Shown here: positions 1-8,593 of the stretch, one piece after another | How the letters are laid out: every line of letters starts with the position of its first letter | Numbering within the stretch: the stretch's first letter is position 1 | NCBI GenBank assembly: GCA_039594095.1 | Contig: JBCNOA010000002.1 | Coordinates: 5,253 to 69,252, forward strand | DNA: 64,000 nucleotides | Reading direction: 5' to 3' | Source of the DNA: Dyella sp. | GTDB taxonomy: Bacteria > Pseudomonadota > Gammaproteobacteria > Xanthomonadales > Rhodanobacteraceae | The notes under the pieces: model-generated | Databases searched by the model: none | What the model was told of the DNA's origin: nothing | The model's input: the letters and a program-made list of their open reading frames with translations, nothing else | Made by a program: the position numbers and the translations under genes

Positions 1-276
1 GATCAGCGCCTCGCTGATCAGGTTCAGCGGCATGCTAGCCGGCTGCAGCGACGACACGTCCATCGCCGGCATGCCGAATTCGGCGGAAGCGATCCGGGTC
101 AGCCGAGCGCTCTCGACCAGGTTGTTGTCCAGCAGCCAGGCGGTGAGCGAGGTCTTGTGCTGAGCTGAATCCACCACGGCCTTGCGTACGTCCGGCTCAG
201 GGAGGACCCCCTCGGACACCAGTCGCCGGGCCATGCCTGACAGGCCCGACAGAGACGGTTGCATTTGCGTCGCCAT
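1..276 (-). CDS. pilB: Type IV-A pilus assembly ATPase PilB, N-terminal part (runs off the window)
   Basis: Not in the ORF track. Manual translation from ATG at 276 gives MATQMQPSLSGLSGMARRLVSEGVLPEPDVRKAV...ASAEFGMPAMDVSSL...LISEALI, typical of a PilB N-terminus; pilin genes lie nearby. Confidence 0.85.
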   Translation of the reverse strand, partial: MATQMQPSLSGLSGMARRLVSEGVLPEPDVRKAVVDSAQHKTSLTAWLLDNNLVESARLTRIASAEFGMPAMDVSSLQPASMPLNLISEALI

Positions 277-493
277 AAACTGAATGTCGCCAAATCCCCT
301 GATGGGCTGGGAATTTACCGCAGATACCGTGACGGGTCATCCGCTGACCGGCGCGGATGGCGGTAAGGTGACCCTAAGCACAGTTTCCCTGCCGGGGCGG
401 GCATCTGCAGGGTGACCCGGTGTCACGGTAAGGTGGTCGTTTCGTCAAATCCGCCACAGCTGCACCCAGGCCGGCAGGCTATGATTTGCGTTT

Positions 494-1366
494 ATGCTCG
501 GGGGAGTCATTTTGGACCGTATCAGTATCGTTTTGCCGGCCAAGAACGAGGCCGCGGCCCTCAAGACCCTGCTGCCCCGTCTGCGGGCGGCCCAGCCCAA
601 GGCTGAGATTATCGTGGTGGACGACGGTTCCACCGACGACACGCGGGACATATGCGCCTCCGCCGGAGTGCAATGCCTCTCCTCCCCCTACTCGATGGGC
701 AACGGCGCGGCGATCAAGCGCGGTGCCCGGGCCGCCAGCGGCGAGATCCTGATATTCATGGACGGAGACGGTCAGCATGATCCCGCGGACATCGCCCGTT
801 TGCTGGAGCGATTGGGGCAGGGCTACGACATGGTGGTCGGCGCCCGCGACTGGGGCAGCCAGGCGGGTGTCGGGCGCGGGGTGGCCAATACCATTTACAA
901 CTGGCTGGCTACGCGGATGACGGGGCATGAAGTCGCCGACCTTACATCGGGGCTTCGTGCCGTGCGTGCTGATCGGTTTCGGGAGTTTTTATACCTTTTG
1001 CCTAATGGCTTTTCCTATCCGACAACTAGCACCATGGCTTTTTTTCGTAGTGCGTATCCAGTTGCATACCTTCCCATCAAAGCTGCGCACCGAGTTGGGA
1101 AAAGCCACATCAAGCCGTTGAAGGATGGGGTGCGCTTCCTGCTGATCATTTTCAAAATTGCCACGCTCTATTCGCCGCTGAAACTTTTTGCGCCGGCAAG
1201 CGTGGTGTTCTTTCTGTTGGGTTGCGTCAACTATGCCTTTACGTTCTTGCATGGTGGGCGCCTTACCAACATGAGTACGCTATTGTGGAGCGCTGCCGTT
1301 ATTGTGTTTCTCATAGGTTTGGTTTCGGAGCAGGTCACGGCATTGATGTATCGGCGAGATGAATAA
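494..1366 (+). CDS. GT2 glycosyltransferase, DPM1-like (polyprenol-phosphate glycosyltransferase type)
   Basis: SIVLPAKNE, VVDDGSTD, MDGDGQHDP, DMVVGAR and DLTSGLRA motifs plus two C-terminal hydrophobic helices. Confidence 0.88.
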   Translation: MLGGVILDRISIVLPAKNEAAALKTLLPRLRAAQPKAEIIVVDDGSTDDTRDICASAGVQCLSSPYSMGNGAAIKRGARAASGEILIFMDGDGQHDPADIARLLERLGQGYDMVVGARDWGSQAGVGRGVANTIYNWLATRMTGHEVADLTSGLRAVRADRFREFLYLLPNGFSYPTTSTMAFFRSAYPVAYLPIKAAHRVGKSHIKPLKDGVRFLLIIFKIATLYSPLKLFAPASVVFFLLGCVNYAFTFLHGGRLTNMSTLLWSAAVIVFLIGLVSEQVTALMYRRDE

Positions 1367-2504
1367 ATTGCCGCGCAAGCGTGTTTTACTCATTACGCGA
1401 AACCTGCCGCCCCTTGTTGGCGGTATGGAACGGCTTAATTGGCATATGGCTGAGGAGCTGGCACAACGGGTCGACGTACGTGTGATTGGGCCGCAGGGCT
1501 CAGCGCCTCTGGCGCCTCGTGGGGTCTTTGTGCATGAGGTTTCGCTTCGTTCGCTAGCACGATTCTTGGTCGGCGCTCAGTTGGCGGCCTTACGTGAGGC
1601 CTCAAAGTGGCGCCCTGATGTCGTACTTGCGGGCAGCGGATTAACAGCGTTACCTGCATTAGTTGCCGCTCGAGCGTCCGGTGCCAGGGCGGCAGCTTAT
1701 GTGCATGGCCTTGATTTGGCGGTTCAACATCCTGTTTATCGGCACCTTTGGCTGCCAGCCTTGCGTCGGCTTGATCGTGTAGTGGCCAATAGCGAGGCTA
1801 GTCGCACTCTCGCTCTGGCTGCGCAGATTGAAAAGGAGCGGCTTGAAGTAGTTCATCCCGGCGTGCTTCTCCCATCGCTTCCTTTTACTCCATCCGAAGA
1901 GCCTGAATTTCGTAAGGAGTACAAATTAAGCGGCCGGTCGGTACTTTTGTCTGTTGGGCGACTGAGTGAGCGCAAGGGAATTCTAGAGTTCGTTCGCAAC
2001 GCTTTGCCACTCATCGTCGAACAGAAACCGGATGCAGTGCTAGCAATCGTGGGCGACACCCCAAGCGAGGCGCTCCACGCCAAGGCACAGTCACTTCAGG
2101 CTATTTTGAGAGCGGCGGAGCAGGCTGGATTAGCCAATAATGTACGGTTCATTGGGCAGATTACAGATTACGAAAAGCTCGGGGCGGCCTATCGTGGCGC
2201 GGATGTCCATGTATTTCCTGTGCGGGATATTCCTGGTGATCCCGAAGGTTTCGGTATGGTAGCGGTGGAGGCTGCCGCTCATGGCCTACCCACTGTGGCT
2301 TTTGCTACAGGGGGAGTGCTTGATGCGGTAGCGGATAATGTATCCGGTCGCTTAATAAGCCCTGGTGATTATCAAGGAATGGCTGCAGCCGTCTTGGATG
2401 TCTTGACACGACCTAAGGCCACATGGGCCGGGTGCCGCGCACATGCGGAGCGATTCGCATGGCCGGCGTTTGGGCAGCAGTTAGTCGCGAGCCTGGATCT
2501 ATGA
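1359..2504 (+). CDS. GT4 family glycosyltransferase
   Basis: GGME N-terminal motif, VGRLSERKG, EGFGMVAVEAAAHGLP (E-x7-E). Confidence 0.9.
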   Translation: MNKLPRKRVLLITRNLPPLVGGMERLNWHMAEELAQRVDVRVIGPQGSAPLAPRGVFVHEVSLRSLARFLVGAQLAALREASKWRPDVVLAGSGLTALPALVAARASGARAAAYVHGLDLAVQHPVYRHLWLPALRRLDRVVANSEASRTLALAAQIEKERLEVVHPGVLLPSLPFTPSEEPEFRKEYKLSGRSVLLSVGRLSERKGILEFVRNALPLIVEQKPDAVLAIVGDTPSEALHAKAQSLQAILRAAEQAGLANNVRFIGQITDYEKLGAAYRGADVHVFPVRDIPGDPEGFGMVAVEAAAHGLPTVAFATGGVLDAVADNVSGRLISPGDYQGMAAAVLDVLTRPKATWAGCRAHAERFAWPAFGQQLVASLDL

Positions 2505-3517
2505 GTAGGTCAAAACCAGTCCTGTCTGGAGTCTGGTTTCCAACGGTCCGAACGAACGGTGGCGTTGATATATTTACCGAACAATTGGTCGCCGGCTTGC
2601 AGTCCCGCGGTGTTCGGGCTGAGATCGCATGGCTACCTTTGAGGGCAGAGTATGCACCCTGGTCCGTAAGAATTCCGGAATTACCTTCGTGGGCGTCCAT
2701 CACGCACATTAATACGTGGTTGCCTACAAGATTCGTTCCAGTAGGAGTCCCTCTGGTAGCTACGGTTCACCACTGCATTTACTCGCCTGCCGTAACGCCC
2801 TACAAAGGAGTTTTGCGGTCAGCGTATCACCATCTATGGGTCCGCTCTAACGAGAAATCGGTCTTAAAGCGCGCGGATATGGTTACTGCCGTAAGTAATT
2901 TTGCTGCATCTACTGTGCAAGCGGCTGTTCTGGATAGGTCGATGCGAATTATTTATAACGGAATTGATGCGACGTTTTTTAAGCCCGTGCCTCGGGGGGC
3001 TCGTGTACCATTTCGTTTACTTTATGTAGGGAAATGGGCTGCACTCAAAGGGATCGATTTGCTCAGGCCTATCATGCGAGAACTGGGTGCTGGATTTGAG
3101 CTCCGCGTTACGGCAGGAGGGGCGTTGGCGCAGGAGAAGGGCATTTATGATCTAGGTCGTTTGACAGGCAGGGGTGACGTTGCTGCAGCGATGCAAGACG
3201 CCGATGCGCTTATTTTTCCCTCTCGTGCTGAGGGATTTGGTCTGGTGGTTGCGGAGGCGATGGCCTGCGGGTTGCCAGTGATAGCGACGCGAGGTTCGGC
3301 ATTGCCTGAAATAGTTGAAGATGGCGTGACCGGGCTACTCTGTGCCTCGGACGATGTCTCAGAATTCGCATGCGCGATCAGACGAGTGGCAGGGGACCGA
3401 GTGCTATACAGGGCGATGTCCTCGGCGGCTCGCTGCGCGGCGGAGAAGAGATTTTCACTAGATCGAATGGTAGACGATTATTTAAGCTTATATGGCGAAT
3501 GCGTACGTGAAGTGTGA
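2501..3517 (+). CDS. GT4 family glycosyltransferase
   Basis: ATGA overlap with the upstream stop; YVGKWAALKG and EGFGLVVAEAMACGLP. Confidence 0.9.
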   Translation: MSRSKPVLSGVWFPTVRTNGGVDIFTEQLVAGLQSRGVRAEIAWLPLRAEYAPWSVRIPELPSWASITHINTWLPTRFVPVGVPLVATVHHCIYSPAVTPYKGVLRSAYHHLWVRSNEKSVLKRADMVTAVSNFAASTVQAAVLDRSMRIIYNGIDATFFKPVPRGARVPFRLLYVGKWAALKGIDLLRPIMRELGAGFELRVTAGGALAQEKGIYDLGRLTGRGDVAAAMQDADALIFPSRAEGFGLVVAEAMACGLPVIATRGSALPEIVEDGVTGLLCASDDVSEFACAIRRVAGDRVLYRAMSSAARCAAEKRFSLDRMVDDYLSLYGECVREV

Positions 3518-4541
3518 TCAGTGGTCACGCGGGCAGCTGAAGTGGCTTTCGAACTGTCCTGTCTGTGGGAGTTCAGAGCGGGTTCTGGCTGAATTTCTAC
3601 GTCGCGATGACGGGCTTGTGATGCCTGATGTATGGCGTTACGTGCGGTGCGCTGTCTGCTATTCAATTTATCTGAATCCCCGTCCCGATGCGGACTCACT
3701 GCCACGTGCCTATCAACAGTATTTTACTCACCAAGCAGAGCCGAGCGAAGCCGAATTCAAGAGATCTGGTCTGGTTGCCGGTTTAATTGGCGGCTATCTA
3801 AATCATCGCTTTAACATGCGCAGGGAGCCGTCGCGGACTTTAGGGGCATGGCTCTTTTCTGTTGCCGTTCCACTTCGCATGAAGCTGGATGTCTATGGAA
3901 GGCACTTGCCTAAGTCTATGTGTGGGAAGGGGGCAAGTTTGCTAGACGTCGGCTGCGGGAGCGGCGCATTTCTTGAGCGGGCCACGGAGATGGGTTGGCA
4001 TGCCGAGGGCTGCGAGCCTGATGGTCTTGCCGCGGATGCGTGCCTAGAAGCAGGTTTAAAGGTGCTCCATGGGGATGCGTTTGATTCACGGCTCGAGGGA
4101 AGACAGTTCGACGCAGTTACATTGAATCATGTTCTTGAGCATGTTGAAGATCCCCTGCGACTTCTCAAAAGGTTACGCCAGTTATTGAAGTCATCGGGCA
4201 CGCTATGGATGGCGTTGCCCAATCCCGATGCCATTGGGCTGCGAATTTTCGGTAAAGGGTGGAAGGGCTTGCATCCACCGTTTCATTTACTAATTCCCCG
4301 TCAGGACATCCTTCGCCAATGGCTATCGCAAGCAGGGTTTAGCGATATCGATTTTATCCGTCGCGGGGCGCAGAGCCCCGGCTTGTGGCGTGAATCGACC
4401 AGTTTGGCGAAGCGCGAAGGAATTCAGCGAGCGAGGTTGACGATTGGATGTATTCGCCTTTTAGGTGATCTGCTTTCGACAGTGACAGTTCGTTATGGCG
4501 AAGAGACCATTGTTCGGGCAAGGGTGGGTTCATTAGAGTGA
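3492..4541 (+). CDS. Class I SAM-dependent methyltransferase with two N-terminal CxxC motifs, probably glycan-modifying
   Basis: CPVC...CAVC, LLDVGCGSG and FDAVTLNHVLEHVEDP; start codon uncertain (3492 or GTG at 3507). Confidence 0.85.
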   Translation: MANAYVKCDQWSRGQLKWLSNCPVCGSSERVLAEFLRRDDGLVMPDVWRYVRCAVCYSIYLNPRPDADSLPRAYQQYFTHQAEPSEAEFKRSGLVAGLIGGYLNHRFNMRREPSRTLGAWLFSVAVPLRMKLDVYGRHLPKSMCGKGASLLDVGCGSGAFLERATEMGWHAEGCEPDGLAADACLEAGLKVLHGDAFDSRLEGRQFDAVTLNHVLEHVEDPLRLLKRLRQLLKSSGTLWMALPNPDAIGLRIFGKGWKGLHPPFHLLIPRQDILRQWLSQAGFSDIDFIRRGAQSPGLWRESTSLAKREGIQRARLTIGCIRLLGDLLSTVTVRYGEETIVRARVGSLE

Positions 4542-5449
4542 ATCGCTCAAGTGTTACAGCCGTAGTGTTGCATTTTCGTACCCCTGAAAAGACGCTTAAC
4601 TGCGTAGAGTCTCTCTGGGTTGGAGGAATTGAAAGTGTTGTATTGGTTGATAACTCGCAGGATGGTGGCCTATCTTTAAAGAGTATGAGTGCTGGCTTTG
4701 AGGGCCTTTCACAGCGAGGCCTATGTATCCAATTGATAAGTCCCGTCCGGAACCTGGGTTTCGCTGCCGGAGTAAATCTCGCGATAGAGAGTGTGGTTAG
4801 AGATGAAGGAGCGCGGGTCTTATTGATCAATTCGGATGCGGTGTTGAACGAAAAGGCTTTGCGGGCAATGAGCGAGGCTATCGATCTAGGAATGGACCTA
4901 GTTGCGCCATTGCTAGAGGGGGAGGGGGCTTTCGATAAGCGGGGAGAGGTGTTCAGTTACCAACGATGGTTGGGGTTGCACGTTCCAACTTGGTTCCCTG
5001 GTGCGATCGACTTTCTGAGCGGCGCGTGCTTGCTGCTATCGCCCAGGCTTATCAGTCTGCACCCGATCTTTGACGATGAGTTCTTCTTCTATGGCGAAGA
5101 TGTCGAGCTTTCTTACCGAGCCAGAAAGTGCGGAATGAGGCTATGCCAGCTTCAGGATGTTGCAATAAAGCACCTAGGTTCGAGTAGTTCGAATAAGGGG
5201 TCGCTCTTCTACGAATATCACACCGTTCGAGGGCATTGGTTGCTCGCTCGCAAGCTGGCACGTACGGGTGCGGAGAAAGTGGTTGCGGTTGTTGCTCATG
5301 CCGTTGTGCTATCGCTTCGGGCTGTATGGCGATCATTTAGAAAAAGAAACTCTAAGCCATTATTAGCTCTCATGATGGCAGCCATCGACCTCATTACTGG
5401 TCGGAGGCGCGATCTGACCCCGTCGGTGCCAGGGCGTTCCGAGAGTTAA
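4538..5449 (+). CDS. GT2 glycosyltransferase, rhamnosyltransferase-like
   Basis: VDNS, NLGFAAGVN, LLINSD, SGACLL and FDDEFFFYGEDVELSYR. Confidence 0.85.
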   Translation: MNRSSVTAVVLHFRTPEKTLNCVESLWVGGIESVVLVDNSQDGGLSLKSMSAGFEGLSQRGLCIQLISPVRNLGFAAGVNLAIESVVRDEGARVLLINSDAVLNEKALRAMSEAIDLGMDLVAPLLEGEGAFDKRGEVFSYQRWLGLHVPTWFPGAIDFLSGACLLLSPRLISLHPIFDDEFFFYGEDVELSYRARKCGMRLCQLQDVAIKHLGSSSSNKGSLFYEYHTVRGHWLLARKLARTGAEKVVAVVAHAVVLSLRAVWRSFRKRNSKPLLALMMAAIDLITGRRRDLTPSVPGRSES

Positions 5450-6665
5450 AATTCTTGCCTATCCATAGCCAGCCGACTATTGCCATTGACCACTCAGAGC
5501 AGGCGAGCGCTATTGGCATCCCAGGGGGGGAGTTCTGCCCGCCAAAGGCCGTGACGGTGAGGGTCAGTACGAACATGCCGAACACTTCCAGCAGGGCGCG
5601 TGTTTTAGGTGGTCCGCATGCCATAAGTGAGCTTGCCGCAGCCATTCGTAGCGCGAGGCCCGGCACTGCGATAGTGAGCCAGCGGAGCATCTCGGTTATA
5701 CCGAAGTACTTGGCGCCAAAAAGCCATTCAATTATTGGAGCTGTTAGCCAGAGTAGGGCTCCTATAAGCAGCCCATAGGTGGAAGCGGATACAAAAATAT
5801 GCCGTAAGAGGGGGGCGCTACCTCTATTAGGTGCCTGGAACAGTCGAGGAATCGCGGCCAGCATGAGCGCTATGACGGGTAATATGGCAGCGCCGATGAC
5901 TCTCGTGCTTACAGCGTAGACGCCAGCGTCCATTGGCTTCATCACCTTTGCTGCAAAAGTCTTGTCAAGTTCCGTCGGCCCAAGAGCAGTCAAATTTAGA
6001 GCTGCGTAGCTGCCGGCGTCATGCCATTCCGAACATGACGGTAGCCTCCATTGCCCAAGTCCCAGCCAAGTGACGTCTCGTATTGATAGAAAGCCAATGG
6101 CAACGGCAAGTATCGAGGAAATAAGATATCCAATTGCATAGGCATGCAGAGGGTTAGGTGTATGTGCGTTCCATATATATGCGGCCGCGCATACGCGAAA
6201 GAATAAGGGCGTGGTCAGCAATAATTGAGATCGAGCAATCATGCCGCGGCCCTGCTGAATCGCAGAAGGAAAGTTTAGCAATGGCTGAATTATTAGTTCA
6301 GCGAACCCGATGCATATCACCGTTACTCCGTCGACGGCAGCAGCTACTTGGGGTACCGCGATGGTAATGATCAGGAATAGAAATAAAAGAATGCCGCCAC
6401 AGAGAACTGTTGTGGCCAATCCCATGGGGACAAGGGATATGGCATCTATCGGTGATCTTGAAGTTTCTCGCAGTAGTGTTAAGTGGGTGCCGAAGGTAGA
6501 TAGGGCGCCAAGGGTCACCGCCAGCGCAGTCATTGCAGCGAAAGCGCCGTAGTACGCCGGACCCAATAGCTTGGCAACGATCAACAGGCTGCCAGCTTGA
6601 ATGAGTAAACGAAAACCCAGCACTGCGCTGGTGCGCACGGCAGCTCTGGCGATAGGTCCTTTCAT
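5394..6665 (-). CDS. Wzx/MOP-family oligosaccharide flippase-like membrane protein
   Basis: IVAKLLGPAYYGAFA N-terminal signature, many hydrophobic segments and the AGVYAVSTR second-half motif. Confidence 0.75.
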   Translation of the reverse strand: MKGPIARAAVRTSAVLGFRLLIQAGSLLIVAKLLGPAYYGAFAAMTALAVTLGALSTFGTHLTLLRETSRSPIDAISLVPMGLATTVLCGGILLFLFLIITIAVPQVAAAVDGVTVICIGFAELIIQPLLNFPSAIQQGRGMIARSQLLLTTPLFFRVCAAAYIWNAHTPNPLHAYAIGYLISSILAVAIGFLSIRDVTWLGLGQWRLPSCSEWHDAGSYAALNLTALGPTELDKTFAAKVMKPMDAGVYAVSTRVIGAAILPVIALMLAAIPRLFQAPNRGSAPLLRHIFVSASTYGLLIGALLWLTAPIIEWLFGAKYFGITEMLRWLTIAVPGLALRMAAASSLMACGPPKTRALLEVFGMFVLTLTVTAFGGQNSPPGMPIALACSEWSMAIVGWLWIGKNFNSRNALAPTGSDRASDQ

Positions 6666-8593
6666 GGCAGGTGCGCGCGAATATCGGCGATGCTGCTATC
6701 GAGTCTTCCGCCGAAGTTCAATCGCTCAAGTGCCAACAGGATCCGTTGGGCCTCGGCTTTCCGCCCTTCGGCGAGAAGCATCTTCGCAAGGGTGATGAGA
6801 TAGGCGGGCTCGTCGGGGGACGTAGCAGCCGCCTCCTGAGCCATCTGCATTCCCAGTGAATGATCCTGAAGCACATTCCAGGCATAGTCCGCATAAGTGG
6901 CAAGCAGGCGTGCACTGGCCGGGCGATGGGTAAGTGCAGCTAGGAATGCAGCGGTCATTCGGTCCTTCGGGAGCTCGCATTGGCCGACGCGAGCGCACTG
7001 CACCAAAGCGCCGAGTGAGCTTTCATCCTGTACTCCTAGCGGGTGCTTCCTAAGCTTCGCGGTCATGCTATCCCACCAACTATCCTTAAGCGGAACCTGC
7101 ATGCGCGAGTTCATGAAGATCAGCGCCTGCTCCGGCAGTATGGACGAGCCCGGCAAGGCTGCTGCCTTTTCAAGCGGTGCATAGGCGAGTTTGGTAAAAG
7201 CCGACGAAGGATCGTAATGGGAATAGATGACGTATGTTCGACCGAGTTCATACTGCGCACGAGGGGAGTCCGGAGCCCTTGCAGCTAATTCCTCTGCCAG
7301 GCGCAGAGGGGTACTCCATGCTTGCGCCGTTATGGCCGTGAGACCGCCCCAAAACAGCAGCAGCATGCCGAGAGTTGTATGTCTAGCCAGCGTCAGTGAT
7401 TTGTCTAGATGTGGTGTCGTTGCACATAGGATCGGTACGACCACCAGCATCAATCCAAGGCTGGCGAAGTAATTTCTATGTTCGTAAATGAGCTCTAGCG
7501 GGAGGACGGTGCCGGTGAGTAAATGGCAGCTCAGGAAAAATTGGAGGCCGAGCGCAATGATAGGTTGCCGCCGCCGTAGTCCAATGGACAGTGCGCCAAG
7601 AACTAGTAGCGAGAACAAGCCTAATGATGTCGTCCAGGGTGAGAAAAGTCCTGTCGAAATGCTGAAATTGTCGTGGTAGAAACTAAGTGCTTTCGGTGTC
7701 GGCAAAATCGCCCACAATATGTAGCTGGGGATGATTCGCGCTTCGCTAAGCAATCGAGTTTCCAGCGTGAAGTCGCGAGTTCCCCAGCTAGACGGTTTGA
7801 GTAGCCCCGGGAGTATCCAGGTAAGTCCCACGACTAACGGGAGTGCCAGTAAAATTAGAAAACAGCCAACAATCCAGCGATCGTACTGACCGGTAACTCG
7901 GCGAAAACGGAAGACGATCCATTCCACCGAGGCTGCGTACAAGGGAAGCATCACCGCCGTCTCTTTGGCCATCAGTCCGATGGCTGTTGGAATGACCAGG
8001 CTTGCCGTGCTCAAGATTACCCCCGTCCGGTAGCGTCTGCCGTCCAGCATCAGGCGGCGACCAGCGACGTAACCTATCAACCCGGTCAGGACAAAAAGGT
8101 TTGCCAAGCTTTCCATGCGTTGAACGACGTATAGAACTGACGTCAGATTGATGGGCAGTAATAGCCAGCCGCCTGCTACAAAGGCGGCGGCAATGGCTGC
8201 TTGGTTATCCTGGTTTGGGCTGGGTTTAGTCCTTGTCGTGGCTACTAGGAGCTGCCGGATGAGTACGAAAGCCGCCAATCCGTTAAGTAGATGGATGATT
8301 AAGTTGGTGAACTTCATCCAGTAGGGGTCGAGACCTGTCAGTAAGTAATTTGCGGCGAAACTAAGTGATGATAACGGTCGCTTGAAATCGCTGGCGGGTG
8401 ACGACAGCGCTGCTCCTACAAGCGAAGAAAGGCTTGCACTTGACGGTTGCACGCCATGGTTGTCGACGATATTGGGATAATCGTCGAACAACCACGCCCC
8501 TCGAAGACCAGGCCAGTAAATCACCACCGTGACCATGAGAAGCAGAGAAATGAGGGATCCGCCGGAGCGGAAGATACGAATGAATTGGGTCAT
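6662..8593 (-). CDS. GT-C-type (TMTC/TfpW-like) multi-pass membrane protein with C-terminal TPR-like region; putative pilin O-glycosyltransferase
   Basis: WLFDDYPNI after the first TM helix, RPLSSLSF, HLLNG, VVQRME, KETAVMLP and EHRNY, followed by a helical C-terminal domain. Confidence 0.7.
   Translation of the reverse strand: MTQFIRIFRSGGSLISLLLMVTVVIYWPGLRGAWLFDDYPNIVDNHGVQPSSASLSSLVGAALSSPASDFKRPLSSLSFAANYLLTGLDPYWMKFTNLIIHLLNGLAAFVLIRQLLVATTRTKPSPNQDNQAAIAAAFVAGGWLLLPINLTSVLYVVQRMESLANLFVLTGLIGYVAGRRLMLDGRRYRTGVILSTASLVIPTAIGLMAKETAVMLPLYAASVEWIVFRFRRVTGQYDRWIVGCFLILLALPLVVGLTWILPGLLKPSSWGTRDFTLETRLLSEARIIPSYILWAILPTPKALSFYHDNFSISTGLFSPWTTSLGLFSLLVLGALSIGLRRRQPIIALGLQFFLSCHLLTGTVLPLELIYEHRNYFASLGLMLVVVPILCATTPHLDKSLTLARHTTLGMLLLFWGGLTAITAQAWSTPLRLAEELAARAPDSPRAQYELGRTYVIYSHYDPSSAFTKLAYAPLEKAAALPGSSILPEQALIFMNSRMQVPLKDSWWDSMTAKLRKHPLGVQDESSLGALVQCARVGQCELPKDRMTAAFLAALTHRPASARLLATYADYAWNVLQDHSLGMQMAQEAAATSPDEPAYLITLAKMLLAEGRKAEAQRILLALERLNFGGRLDSSIADIRAHLP

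Noticed and set aside
99-293. 64-aa ORF from the track
   Set aside because: Wrong frame; the frame starting at 276 gives the PilB N-terminus.
5524-5530. G7 run in the flippase and T7 run near 1039 in GT2 as phase-variation tracts
   Set aside because: The runs are short and both reading frames are intact.
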